A DNA stretch of 57,816 nt, filler included, from Bipalium vagum (GCA_037834085.1; 3 parts of 3 records of this genome joined end to end with filler, not necessarily neighbours in it); one strand, 5' to 3'. Positions 26,501 to 39,419 are shown, counted from the first letter of the whole stretch. Program-made: numbers and translations. The notes: generated by a model not told the origin, from the sequence alone.

Positions 26501-29500
26501 TGTATGTAATCAAATTTTTGTCACATGCCACAATGCGAGATATAATGGGATCAATTTGGTTCGGAATAATTATAAGAACAGATTTATAACCTTGCTTTCT
26601 GTTGGTTTTCAGTCAAATTCTTAACCTTCCAAAGCTTTTGAGGTGAACATAAATAGTGGAATTTGACTCATTGAGATCCTGAGTCAGTTATCTCATGGTT
26701 TCGCGAGTATTTCTTTCAATAACTTTGTGGAGACTCCCACCTTTGGATCAATCAATTCAAACAATTAGTTCAAAAACTTCGATCCCAAAACAATCCAAAT
26801 CTTCAAAACAATAAAATTATTGATTTTAAACATTTTAGTGATTATTTAATAAATCATTTGTTGTATAAAAAACAATATATAATTTGTGTAATTTTATTTA
26901 TTTATCTATTTGTAAAAGTTTAAACCCGGAATTTGATTTTAATAATTCTCTTTCTCGTCTGTTTAATATAAAATAAAATATGAAATATAAAATTATAGTA
27001 AAAATAATATATAAAAATTATAATTAATTAAAAAAATTAATCATTTTGATGATTGATTTATAAAATAGTTGGAAAAAAATTATTTAGTAACATACAGTTA
27101 CTATAAATAGTTTTTTCAGTAAAAATTTTAATCAATGTTACTATAATTAGAAATATAGAAAAATAATATAAATACTGAAGTATTTCAGTAGAAAGACACA
27201 CAGAAATAAATACGAAAAACAGTCTGAAATAGACAGCTATCAAGGATAAAACCCGAAGGATTCCAGATATTATTGATTTAACTTCGAACGTACGCGCACT
27301 AAATCCTTCTGAATTTGCATATATTTTATGTTAAGTTCCTAAAAAGACCACTATCGATATTCTTGACCAAATTAAATATTAACTATTATTTTTATAATAA
27401 ATTATCTCTTTAGGTCTCGTCTTTTTAAAAAACTTAACAACTTCACCAAATTTAGTATTAGTTTTAAAATTAATATGCTTATCTATGCAATTTATATAAA
27501 AATAAACAAGATGTGCAATTATCCACAAGGTTTGGGAAGATTCTCAATATTACAATATGACGTTCTAAAAGGTATAAAAGAATCTGAACTTTCCATCTCA
27601 ACCCATATCAATTGACAGATAGTCTTAACTATTCAGAATCAACTTACTATCACTCTCGTGAAATGAGTAAAAATAGATCTCAAATCTATGCTTAACGTTT
27701 AAAATTTTGTCAATTACTCTTGAATAATCAATTAGACGATAGGTTTTTAAAAAGTAATGTTGCCGTGGATGACAGCTCGAATATTTTTAAACAATTCCAG
27801 AAAAAATGGTAATATATATATTCCTTATCTTTAAAGTTCGCTGATTTGAAAAAAGGTTTTTTTCTGTTTTCAAACTTCTGTGAGATGGTCAAAGTATAAC
27901 CTCTAACACTTACTAATCACAAATGGAAAGTTTTCTTATGAGACCAAAATATCCTCTTGATACTAAAGAAGACCTAGAATTATCTCTATTTGTTTTTCTA
28001 GTCAAAACCTTCTGATTGGTACAAAAGTGGAATCTATAAATTTTCTAAACTTTAGACCTCTTTTTTTTGAAAATGATGAATATTATTTTACTTATCTTTG
28101 TTTTTGTAATAAAAATTTTAAAGGAATTTCTTTTCATTTTTATAGGAAATCCTAATATTACTTATTGAATAATTGTATTTTGAAAATTTAGATATATAAG
28201 TAGCACATTTCATTAAGAGTATTTGTAGTGGTTGATGAATATTGAGAATCTTATTTTTTCAGAATAAATGGACGTAATGCGAACCAAGCACCCAAAATAG
28301 CCGTTTTATTAGGTAAATGTACTGCTTCGGTATATGCAATTTCTGTAGCCAACTATCTTTTAAAACGGGGCTGTTTCTTAACGGTTTATGTGGACGAGAA
28401 TAAGATCTCCGATATCAATTACAGAATAAATTTTGAATTACTATCTTTAGTCACTTTATTATCAAGAAGTAGTTCTTACAATGTTGTTACTGAGAAGGTT
28501 GAAGGTACTTTTTTAATAATATCTTTAATAACAAAATAAATTTTTATTTGATAACTTTATTTTATAATTAAAATCTTTAAACGCCATATATTTTAAAATA
28601 AAAATTTGATTTTAAGAGAAATTTGTAGTAAATTATTGATTATTGTAATTACCATAAACTCGAGGAATAACAATATTTTATTTTTTCTTATTATTGTATT
28701 AATATGGATTTAATTAGTGGGTTGAACAAAAAGTTCGTTATTTTTTTTAATATTTAAATTCAACTGAATATTTTGAAATCAATATTTATTATAATTCAAT
28801 AATTTTTTTGTAACGAAATTTTGTTTTATTAAATAGGTAAAAAACATTATAGGTAAATGCATTATTTAGGTAGCAAGTCTTTAAATGTCTCATTATGACT
28901 AGAATATTCAACTCTTATTTTCATAAAGGGAAAACGCTGCCCTCGCATAAAAGAAGATATGCTCAATGAATGGCGAAAATATATAGACCGCTCGCAATTG
29001 TCAAAAGTAGTTCTTAAAATTTAAAGAGGGAAATTTCTCTCTAAAAGATTCAGGTCGCTCAGGGCGGCTATCGACTGTTAATAATGACAATTTAATCGCC
29101 TTAATTGAAAAAAGACAATGCAGAACCAACACGAGATATGCCAGGAATTTTAGATATAAGTCATACATCTGTGGTATATCATTTGGAAAAATTGGGCTAC
29201 ATCTCCCGTTATGAAACCTTAAAACCTAATAAATTCTCAGAAAAGATTATTAATGATCACCTTTCAGCTTGCAAATTATTATTGGAATGGAATGAGGAAA
29301 GTCCCTTTTTTAAGCAGCTAATTACAGGCGACGAAAAATGGATCATATATAAAAATTTTAAACGGAGAGATCACGGTAAAGCCAAACGATTCTTCTATAT
29401 AAATAAGATTTATATAAACATAACATAAATAAGATTTGCATCCAAAAAGAGTTTTGCTTTCAGTTTGGTGGGATTAGAAGGGCATTATTTATTACGAGTT

Positions 29501-30591
29501 TCTCCCAAACAATGATATTATAAACTCTGATAAATGTTGTCATGCACCAGACTAACTATTTGATGCAGTACATAAAAGAGTTCAGAATTAGGTACTCAAA
29601 AATCAGTGATATCTCATCATGTTGACGCCAGAACTCACATACCTGAGTGTGCTACAAAAAATTTCAGAATTTGGATCAAAAGCGTTAAGTCACCAGATTT
29701 ATTCCCCTGATATCGCTTCTTCAGATTACCATCTCTTCCGTTCTTTGCAAAATAGTTTAGTTTCTCCAAACAGATCAATAATTAAACCAGTATTTTAAAA
29801 AATTCCACTTAGATGGATATCAAATATAATGGTTCATGTGAAACTGTCTATATAGGGGTGAGAAAATTGTCTGAGGTTTTTGTGTAGAGCTCATATTAAA
29901 AATTTAGTTTATCTATAATAAATCACAAAGGAGTTTTGAAGCAAAGAGAAATTGTTTAAGTTTTTTGATTTTGTGAAATTAGAATATGAATCATTTTGAA
30001 AAAATAGTCAGTAATTGTTGAATAATTTTATACAATGAACTATAATTTTGAATTGAAAAAAATGTTTTAGAAAATATTATTCAAGTGTACATGGATCTTA
30101 AGATCTTTAAGAAGACAACAAAAATCCTTGTACCTCAAAATGAATCAGTCTTTAAAAAAAACATTGATTTTATTTTCAATTTAGATTTGGGCAACAAAAC
30201 ATTTGACTATGTTATTTCTGGTGTTGAATCTGACTCAAGTCCCAATCAAGTAAATTTTAAGCTAAAACAATGGTGTATGGAACAACCGGTGCATATTCTC
30301 TGTATCAATCCCCCAAAAATCAGTTATCTGAAATGGAAAAGTGCCGTTTTCGTTGGAGTTCCCACTGTGAGCCAAGCCAATATAGCAGATAAGGGAAATG
30401 TATTTAATGCTTCTATTGGTTCAAATAAAAGTCAGAATCAGGCGAAATCGGAAGAATTGATTTTGTTGTGTAATTGTAATTTGGTCCAACGCGTGTTTTC
30501 CTTTCTTAAATTGGATTATCAATCGCCCTTTGTTACGAAGAATTTGGTCAGGTTATATAGAGATGATCATGATCTCTGTTTTGTGGAATGA
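20516..30591 (+). CDS. EDC3: Enhancer of mRNA-decapping protein 3 (LSm + FDF + YjeF-N), 7 exons, ~638 aa
   Basis: Exons 20516-20676, 20722-20909, 22504-22707, 22757-23074, 25263-25545, 28263-28504, 30071-30591 join in frame via GT-AG introns (1917 nt). N-terminal LSm (YVGSWIKLNC...SGKIESI), FDF motif DMATDFDFDKNLALFDK, YjeF-N-like IPVFTTKQRDILFETASQLG...NANQAPKIAVLLG...ANYLLKRG and C-terminal YQSPF. Confidence 0.9.
21620..22432 (-). mobile_element. hAT (Charlie/Buster/SPIN-like) transposase relic in EDC3 intron 2
   Basis: Minus strand gives HYVIHRE (CxxH region), LLHTEVR*LLKGNCLKRF, FNERFSDL...PSWVIQP and the dimerisation motif LLSFPYSYLAECDFSAV; GC-rich subterminal TTCCCCCTTGAAGGGGGAA hairpin. 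Confidence 0.9.
23178..23960 (-). mobile_element. Decayed mariner in EDC3 intron 4
   Basis: TIR-like TTAGGTCAGCCGGAAAGT at 23178; minus-strand FFKQITSGDEK and C-terminal PD*(W)QKVIKQ remnants; right end approximate. Confidence 0.75.
24059..25075 (-). mobile_element. Internally deleted Tc1/mariner-superfamily element (DUF4817-type N-terminus) with both TIRs, EDC3 intron 4
   Basis: TIRs TATGGTGGTGCATTTAAAACGTTCGAAA / (reverse complement) TAGGGTGGCGCATTTAAAAGGTTCGAAA flanked by TA. Transposase pieces MDPEIKIIKLFYE...PSTTTFRRVINHFESEG, WF*QDEAT, WPPRSPDLTAQDFFLWGYCKEKVY. Confidence 0.92.
25684..26100 (+). mobile_element. 5' half of a Tc1/mariner-superfamily element (DUF4817-type), EDC3 intron 5
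   Basis: TA|CAGGGTCTTCCAAAA terminus; ATG at 25793 MDRYNMQQRAEIVKIFYQSGSS..., then FGSVADRPTSGRPRSA. Confidence 0.85.
26110..26800 (-). mobile_element. Decayed mariner, EDC3 intron 5
   Basis: SSDLSTDYHLFKHID (YSPDLAPSDYHLF variant), FYQNAI, RIVACDK (TGDE variant), GGSLHK remnants. Confidence 0.75.
28715..29760 (+). mobile_element. Near-complete decayed mariner transposase, EDC3 intron 6
   Basis: TIR-like TTAGTGGGTTGAACAAAAAGTTCG; SGRSGR, ISHTSVVYHLEKLG, FFKQLITGDEKWIIYKN, LHPKRVLLSVWWD*KG, HVDARTH, YSPDIASSDYHLFRSLQNSL. Confidence 0.95.
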
Positions 30592-31559
30592 AAGTCAAAT
30601 CCTAGAACAGGATGATGCATTTATTTAAAGACACTCAAACACAGACACTGTTGAATTTTTTATGATAATTTATCTATTTTTAGGATTGAATTTTTTATCA
30701 AAAAGAGGACTTACAATTTTATTTTGATTTATTTTTAAATGTATAATTGTGTGTTTTAGAATTCCCACAGGAAAGCTCATTTCATAAATATATAAAGCCA
30801 AATTTTATTTGTTTATTTCTTTTACAATTATTATCGATTTAAAATCTATGAAGACTAAAAATTAATATTTTCTGTTTCATAAACATTTATGAATATCTGA
30901 AAACTTGTTACAAACAAGAGTTTATTGATATTTTTGGGCTTAGAAATTCATTACTAAAACTGGACATTGTTGAATTTCATTTATACGGGCAATGTATTTA
31001 TTGTATATATATTAATAAAATAGGATTGTCTATTACATCTGGGTATTGAAATATGTTCCTGAATCATATTACAAATGTATATTAGGTTTAAAATTTTTAA
31101 TAATAGATGATATAAGTTATGACAGTATAATTTCAACTTTATTATGAAAATTGAAATTTAGAAAAATCAAATTTACAAATTATGGAATATTCAGAAAACA
31201 TTGTTTCAATGTTAAAGTACATGAATGATTGTTTTTGTCTTAGTTTCCGATGTTTAGTTATTCGTCTAATACACAATTTATATTAGCGGTTTAAATAATT
31301 GTTAAACTTAATTGGTAATACGTAGAAATTGTTGATTATTTTGGATGTGGAAATATGCAATCCAAAATGCAGTCAAACCTCATTATCGTCACCGTGGGTA
31401 CCAGGATTTTAATAATAATTTAAGAGAATTTTTATGTGTGCATTCTCTGCAGCTGGAACATTTTATACAAAAATTCGTTAGAGATTTTCAAGATAAAAAT
31501 TTTTAATATATTACATTATCTCTATAACTCTTTACTGCATTCGACTTTTTCTTTGATGT

Positions 31560-32030
31560 TGGTCATCAATATCATCAAATCTTTAATTTCGCTTTTTTCT
31601 GCAGTCTTCGCATTCTTACCTCTCGTGCGACCTCATCTCCAATGCATTGTACCAATAACAGTGCCTCAAGCTTTTCAACGGTCAGATCATGTGACAGTGG
31701 TTTCTCTACCAATGATCTTATCTTCCTAAAAAAAAGCCTTCAATATCCTCACATATCAATAGACGGATTCTAGCTCCAAATCCGCTTGTCTTCCCAGATG
31801 TTTCCTCCTATAGATCTTCGCTGTTTCTCTTTTCTTTATTGGGGTATCCTTAATGTCAAATTTTTTTGACATCTTTTTATAAAACATCCCACATCGTCTC
31901 CTTTTCTTAGGACATCAGGAGCTATTCTGTCTGCGATCGAGACCGACAGTGTTGATGCCGCCAAGTTATATTCTTGTCTAGTCATTTGTAAATAAGAATT
32001 GAAAGTCGAAGCAATAATAATATGTTTCAT
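31560..32030 (-). mobile_element. Possible Ty3/gypsy gag N-terminal relic
   Basis: IAPDVLRKGDDVGCFIKRC and downstream LEALLLVQCIGDE resemble gag capsid N-terminal segments; frameshifted; family call tentative. Confidence 0.35.
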
Positions 32031-32114
32031 TAAATCCGATTAACCAAAAAAACTTTTCAAACTTGGACTTCACCTTTTATTAAAATTAAATTATTTACTT
32101 TTTTAAAATTAACC

Positions 32115-32400
32115 AATATTTGCACAATTTTTCATCGAAAGTAGTGGTTTTAACGGCTGATTTTCTTTATGAATCTTCGGTAAACCGTATAATTTTGCCG
32201 GTTGTGCTCCTTGACTAGTTAAACGCTTTATTAGACTTTTATCTTTTATATTATTGTTTTTTGCCAATTTTTTACTAGTTTATTGATTATTTACTCATCC
32301 CTAATTGGAATTGGTATGCTACTAGCTCTTAGTTTCAATTTTTCAAATTTACCGCAGTTGAGTACAGTATTAACTTTTTCTAAATACTGATCTTTATTTA
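32115..32400 (-). mobile_element. Penelope-like element reverse transcriptase fragment
   Basis: KDQYLEKVNTVLN..KFEKL and SQGAQPAKLYGLPKIHKENQPLKPLLS carry the Penelope RT signature LYGLPKxHK..PLRP. Confidence 0.85.
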
Positions 32401-34509
32401 AGATTACGAACGGTTTAAGCAAGGTTTGTTTTGCAAATCGCACTTCAAACACGTCTGAGAAACATTGATCCAGAACAGATTAATTTCTGCGTGTTAAGAC
32501 GAAGCTGAACTTAAAGTTGGTTTGAGTTAAAGTGATTTTTAAAAAATTAGAAAAATGGAGAATCTTTGTTTTGATATTGAAATATAATTTAATCATCACT
32601 CTAATTTATCACAAACTTTTAGAATGTTAGTGATTGGTCCCACTGAATTGTCTTGAATATGGATTATCTAAAGTAGAAGTTAATAATAAATTTAAAAATA
32701 AAATAAAACCAAAAGTTGAAAAAAATAAGGAATATGTTTATACAACAAAAGAAATTTAATTTCTCTGATAAAGATGATGAAATTCTTCCAACTCATAAAT
32801 TATAAAAGAGATTTAAAAATCTAATTCCTTTTGATGATGTTATAAATGTAAAAAATAAACATATTATGAAATATATTTTACAAGAAAAAGACATAATAAA
32901 TGTTCTGTAATATATTTATCTCAATCATTTTTTGAATTAAAATTAAGAAATAATAAATTTTTTTTAATATTATTTAAAATTTCAACAACTTTAGATTTAT
33001 CAGAAACAATTATAAATTGTGAAACTGAAATTGAAGATAAAAAATCAAAAAAAATTAAAATATTTCTTTCCTTATTTTTTTTCTAATGTGAATTTAAAAT
33101 TAGGTTCTTCACAAGTAGAAACAATTCAAAATTTAGATCTATCAAAACCTATAACAAGTTTTTTAATGATTGATAAAATAATGATGGAGAAATTTTTGGA
33201 TTAATTCCAGATACAGAAAAAGAAGATCCAGGTAAAGATAATAAAGGATATAAAACTAGAAAGAGTTTATAATCACAAATTAAATTTGCGAGAGAATTTA
33301 TATTAAAATTAATGTTTGGAATTCCACAATTTTATTACAAAATTATTTATAATATGCAGGGAGAAAGGACATTTACAAGAAAAATTGATATAAATAAAGA
33401 AATATTTTATGGCCCAAAGGAGATGCAAAAATAAAATTAATTGGTTTTAAACTAATTATTCTAGAATTAACTTCAAATCTTATTTGTGAATTAAGCTTAA
33501 TAAGTTGAATAAAAGATGAAAAAGGTATTAATATAAACTTTTTATCAAGATAGAAATCTTATAAAAGGTAAAACAAAAACTTTTAAAATATATGATATAC
33601 CGAATAAACAAATTTATATATTATTTGTTGCTTTTAGGGAAACAGAATTTGATTTTAATAAAAATGATAGTTTGTTTATTCAAGATAAAATAAAAAGTTT
33701 AAGAGTTCAAAGTTATGTTTCATATTATTATTTAAATTGTATACAATTTGCAAAAATAAAAACTAATAGAACATATTCAAATTATGTAAATATTTTAATA
33801 ATGATCCTTAATTAAGTTTATTAAAAACTCAAAATCTATATTTTGTTTTGATTTAATAAATCAGCCGGAAGATTTATGTTTAAATGGTAACTTTACATAT
33901 TTTAAAGGATTAATGAATGTTGTCTTGTTACAAGAAGAATTTATGGAAATAAAATAGGTGGTAGAGTGTTTAATATTCAAACAAGGAAAAAATAGAATGA
34001 GAACGAATAAAGTAGAGAAAGATTGTGAAAATAAATTAAGCATTTTAAAAAATTAATAAAGACCGTTATTTCTTTTTCATATTCCTTTATAAATAATTTA
34101 TGAAAGTTCTTGAAAAATATATTCCAAAAATAAACTATTCAATTGTTACAAAATTTTAAATGTATTTTATTTTCTAAATTAAATTTTAAAATTTATAAAA
34201 CATGATCTTTAGCGAATATTTTCCTTGATTTCCCAAGTCATTCTATCGTAAAATTGAAATTGAAACCAATCAATTATAAAATCTATATTACACTCAAATA
34301 ATTCTTTTGAATTTTTATATTCTCTTTGTCCCTTAAAGGTCTGTTTAAGCCAACATATATAGTTTATATTTTTACATTGGATTTTCTTGCTTTCTATTTC
34401 TATGATAATTATGTGATAATGGATTGATACGCTGTATGAAGAAAATATAAATTATTAATATTAATTAAAATGATTTTATCCATGAATTCCATTGAAAATT
34501 CATCAAAAT

Positions 34510-35129
34510 TCGTTAAGAATATTAATCTACTGGATGCAATAACCATTTAACAATTTCTTAAAAAGAATTACCCAGGAGTTGTGTTTAAAATACTTTGAAG
34601 AATACTGGGTTTCCAATAGAATGTGAATCAGATATCGGGAAGATAATATGAAGACATGCAATTAGACGCAGATAGTGAATCTATATTAAAGGCTGCTGAT
34701 TTTGTAGATATTGACAATCATGTCTTTACAGAAAGTGACACTGTATATATTGAACATTTCGTTCTTCCTGAAGAGATTATCATTGAAAAAGAAATTAAAA
34801 TGCTAAGTTTCGATGAACTAATTTTAACTTTCAAATGCTAAAGTCGTACGCAACATTAAAGAGTAGCTATCATATGTTAAATATCCTTGAACAATAGCAT
34901 TTTCAAATCTACGTTGATTTACCGAAAAAATCAGTAATGAAACGGTAAACTAAACTTGAGGGCTTATTTGTGCGTAAATAAATATTTAATTGATTATTTT
35001 GTTATCTAGATTTGTTGTATTTTCGTTTATTTATTTATTAAAATAAGTAGTAAAAATATTTGTCTAATTGTCTATCCCGAAGATTTGCCTAAGCTGACAA
35101 AACAAAATTTTTTGGTCCCTTTCACTGTA
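34510..35129 (+). mobile_element. pogo/Tigger (CENP-B-like) transposase 3' relic with right terminus
   Basis: INLLDAI, NTGF and AADFVDIDNHVFTE match Tigger/TIGD C-terminal motifs; ends in TTTTTGGTCCCTTTCACTG|TA. Confidence 0.65.
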
Positions 35130-36150
35130 ATATATAATCTAAAACTATTCTAAAAATGAATAAATATGATCAGTGTGATAGTTTTGGAACAGAATAGAGA
35201 CGTGTAAATGAAGCATATATCATATTTTAAAAACTTTAAGGAATATAATGGTTCATTTTTTGTGAACTCACAAAAATCCTGAGGATAATATTAAGATCGT
35301 AGAAATCCTTTATATTGTTTGTCAACCAGAACCTATGACCAAGAAGGTTTGGGAAAATATCCAAGCCGATGAAATCAATTTCTTAATCGATGTTAATTGT
35401 AATACTCAGCAGTGATGGTCAATTAATTAAGAGTCAGAAAAGGTATTTGGAAACTATGTAATTAGGCATCTCAAAAAAGAACAGTGGATAAGTTGGAAGA
35501 AATTGAGAAAAATTTCTTTGCTTAAAAAGTTAATTTTAATCTTAAACAGTCACAATCTACAGTTATTTGAAGAACTATATCCAGTTTCCCAGAAATCGGT
35601 TCTTATTAATTCCAATAGCACATTTTTAAATTTCTTCTATTTGGATAAAAATAATAAAATTTATTTTAATGATATATTGCAAATATCAAATAGCCAGTTG
35701 GTTATAATTTTGATATTGTGAAAATATGAACATATTTACGAATTCTTCAGATCGCATTATGGTAATTTCTGATATACATGATATGGAATTTTAGAGAACC
35801 ATCACAAACATGCAACTGAACGTCATAAAATTGATTTCAGTGAATTTCTGCCAGAGTACTTTATACACAACCACAGTTATTTGTATAATTTAATTTCAAA
35901 TAACCATACGGAAACACAAATTATACTGCTAACGCCGGTGTGTGCGTTGTGTGTTTGAAGGTAGAATTTATCTGATTCCTGCATATACCAAATTTGGAAA
36001 ATGTGTGTTCACGTGTGTTTATGTGTGTATGCGATGCATGCAATGCTTAACACGATTTGATTTCTAAATCACCAATCACACATTAATCATCATTTGTTTT
36101 ATCGATTTAATTTTAGCCACTAGTCTTTTAATTTATTAATTCATTATTTT

Positions 36151-36750
36151 ATGAGCAAATCCAAAGAGAAACCGAAAAAAGTAGTCGTAGTCGGCGATGG
36201 GTATGTTGGGAAAACGTCGCTGTTAAATGCATTTGTCAAGAAAACTTTCTTTACGGATTATGAACCAACGGTTTTCGAAACAACATCTCGAGATATTGTC
36301 ATCAATGGTCAAACGATAACTTTAAATCTTTGGGATACCGGCGGACAAGAAGATTATGAACATATTCGAATTCTCAGTTATCCTGCTGATTTAATTATTT
36401 TATGCTATGCTGTGGATATACCTTCAAGCCTTAACAATATTACAGACATTTGGAAGCCTGAACTTGATGTTCACACCCCAAAAGCTCCAATAATACTCGT
36501 TGGATGTAAATCCGATCTCAGAGATCGTTATTTTGATAATAAACACAAATTAGCGGAATTAATATCTCCCGAAGATTCAATCAAGATCCGACAAAGCATC
36601 AATGCTAAAGGCCATCTGGAATGCTCTGCGAGAACTGGATCGAATGTTGAAGCAGTCTTTGATATGGCTGCTGAATTGTTATTGCAAAAGTCACATAAAA
36701 AATTATCTTTCTTGAGTAAATTTTCTTGTTTCGATTTCAAATCCAAATGA
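36151..36750 (+). CDS. Rho-family small GTPase, intronless, atypical C-terminus
   Basis: 199-aa ORF with G1 GDGYVGKTS, effector YEPTVFE, G3 LWDTGGQEDY, LSYP, G4 VGCKSDLR, Rho insert helix and G5 ECSAR. Confidence 0.96.
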   Translation: MSKSKEKPKKVVVVGDGYVGKTSLLNAFVKKTFFTDYEPTVFETTSRDIVINGQTITLNLWDTGGQEDYEHIRILSYPADLIILCYAVDIPSSLNNITDIWKPELDVHTPKAPIILVGCKSDLRDRYFDNKHKLAELISPEDSIKIRQSINAKGHLECSARTGSNVEAVFDMAAELLLQKSHKKLSFLSKFSCFDFKSK

Positions 36751-38214
36751 TCATATATATACTTAAATATATTAAGAATTTACTGTACTTTATTTTAGTA
36801 GATATTAATTTTATTCAACATATATTTTAATGTCTATGTTATATTTCAGATTAAAGTTTTGTTTATTTTATATGAGGATATTTGGAAAATTTATATTTAC
36901 TAATGAAAAAAAAACAAAATATCGAACGAGTAAATAGTTTAATGGTCTATTTAATTTTAATTTATGTTTGATAATAAATTTATTTGCTATATATTCTCGT
37001 TGGCCAATCATTCATTAATTATCTCAGAGTTTTATTTATTTTTTCCAGGGAACTCAATATGAAATTGTTGAGACTGTATACCAGGTAATCTGGGTTTTGG
37101 GTTTTGGCTCTTATCAAAGACCAAGATTCTGTGTTCGAATAACCATATATGAAAAGGATATTTGAAGTTCGTATGTAATGATAACAAAATTATAACAAGT
37201 TAAATACGATTATTTTTATCTTAGTAGTTGGTACCTTGTATTACAGAGCCAAGCTTTTTGTTGGTTGGAATTGACCTTATTGTATATTTTTTTATTTATT
37301 TACTTTGATAATGGCGATGTCCATATGTCTGAAATTTACTCTGAAAATCAGGTTCATATTAATATCATTAATCAAAAGTTGTCATTTAGATTAATTATAA
37401 GGTAAACATACCAAATATAGAAAATAGTGATATTTCAGATATTGTACTGACGAAGTCTATCGAGAAATGGAATAATAAAGATTATTTTAAAACTTTACTT
37501 CTATTAGAAATCGTTTCGAGGTCAGATTTGTGAAGTCTTGTTTTCGTGTCTATGCAAAGGTTCTATTAGAGTTCGTTTGTCTTCGTATGAAAAACAGATA
37601 AATTTGGAGAAGTTTTTTTTTCTTATCTTTTCGTCAGGTTTGTCTGAAAAAAAATCAAATTTTAAATTATTAACTTATGAACTTTGTCAGTTCAAGCTTT
37701 CTTTGATTGTCTGAGTATGACGGAACATCATCAGAAATGACTATGGTATACCGAAATGATAAGATTGTCGTTGTTTGGACATAGCTATTGGTGTTATGTT
37801 TTTTTCTCTTGATCAATTTTACTGATTGATATTTTTAATAGAAGAAAACAAAACTTAAGTATGATCGTGCCAGATACTGTCAGATGATAATGATACGTAC
37901 TTTACCATTCAAAAACAAACACTTAATTCATCTTTGAATTCATGCTTATTTTTATAATAATTTGGTGATTTCAGGTCTTACAATAATTCCTTGTTCTAAT
38001 CTTTGCTGAATTTGAAATACATTCTGTTAGAAAGTATTCTGAATTTCTTATTTATAATTTAACAGCGTTATATGTGTATTTTTTAGAAATATTTAAAAGT
38101 AAATGGTACTGTTCTTAATTACCAAATTTAGGCACGACCTGTCAAATGAACTCGTACTTACAGTAAATGATTTAATCATTCAATTATTTTGGAATTTTCA
38201 AAAATTGATTTATT

Positions 38215-39060
38215 TATGGAACGGGTCTATGTCAAATTTTGTGGAAAATAAAATTTCTTGTTCTGAATCCCTGAAAATTTAACACATAATGTCTGTCAAT
38301 GAATTCATGTCTAAAACTCAAGTTTGTGGCTGGTATAAAACTTTCCAAAGCGATTGTCAAGAATTCATCAACTTGTCTCATTCCGGAAGGTCATGTATAT
38401 CAACGAAAGAAAACTTATCTGGCGAAGAATATTATTTTAAATTTAAGAGCTTGTCTATATATTTTCATGGGTCTTATATTTTGATTTCTGTTCTGGTATG
38501 AGGAATGCTGATTGATTTGTTAGAAAAGATCTCAATTTTTTTAGAAATATGTATGGGAAGGAAGTTTCTGAAGATATGGTTTTTGCAAGTTACTAGTGAT
38601 CTAATCTTCATGAAATGAGTCATAAATGGAGATGAGACATGGGTCTACGAATCTGATTTGCAAGTTTCTCAACAATCATCAGAATGATAGTTCGACAATG
38701 ATCCAAAACCGAAAAAACACTCATAATCGAGCAAAAGTTAAGGTAATCCTCACAATTTTCTTTGTCTATGGTAATGGTAATACACTCTCTGAATTCCCCC
38801 CTAAGGCCAGAAAGTCAACAAGGATTATTATCTGAAAGTTATAAAACACTCACCTGAAAATATTTCTTCGTTAGGTGAAAGATATGTGAAAAAGAAATTC
38901 ATGGATTTTGCACCATGATAATGCAATAATTGTGTGTCAGTTTTTGCCCAGAACAAAACGAATATCATTCAATACAACTCTGGTGAGACTTTTTTTCTTT
39001 CTAAAAATGAAATTAATAGTCGATTAATGATCTGAAAAGAAATTCTCTTTGGGAATTTAA
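38215..39060 (+). mobile_element. Decayed mariner transposase
   Basis: MSKTQVCGWYKTF...HSGRS, VINGDETWVYE, RAKVKVILTIFF, WILHHDNA. Confidence 0.9.
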
Positions 39061-39419
39061 AGCGATCCTAGATCAATCATTTGTTACGCTATTATTTACT
39101 ATGAACGTTATTTTAACACTCAGTTCGCAAAGTTTACGGACCCCTTCACTTTGGTCAATACGTGTACGCAAATGAATGAATCAAGACAACTACGAACAAC
39201 AATTTATTTCTGAAATAACAATAACAACGCAGTTTATCATAAAATCAACAAATATGTCTTCAATCAAATGTTCAATAGTTAATAACACTAAAATCAAATA
39301 ATAATAATCAATTGAGTAATTAAATCAAATATCAATTAAATAATTAAATGTCAATTATTCAAAACAAAGGAAAAAAACAGAGAGTTTTAGATTTTTATTT
39401 CAAAAATTGTATTTTTCAG

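Noticed and set aside
32700-34100. Possible piggyBac transposase relic (YAG-like, D..YK.R-like remnants)
   Set aside because: Too decayed and AT-biased to support by eye; needs an HMM search.
37441-37470. Hammerhead-like core CTGACGAAGTC...GAGAAA
   Set aside because: Could not form stems I/III, and the core before GAAA is imperfect.
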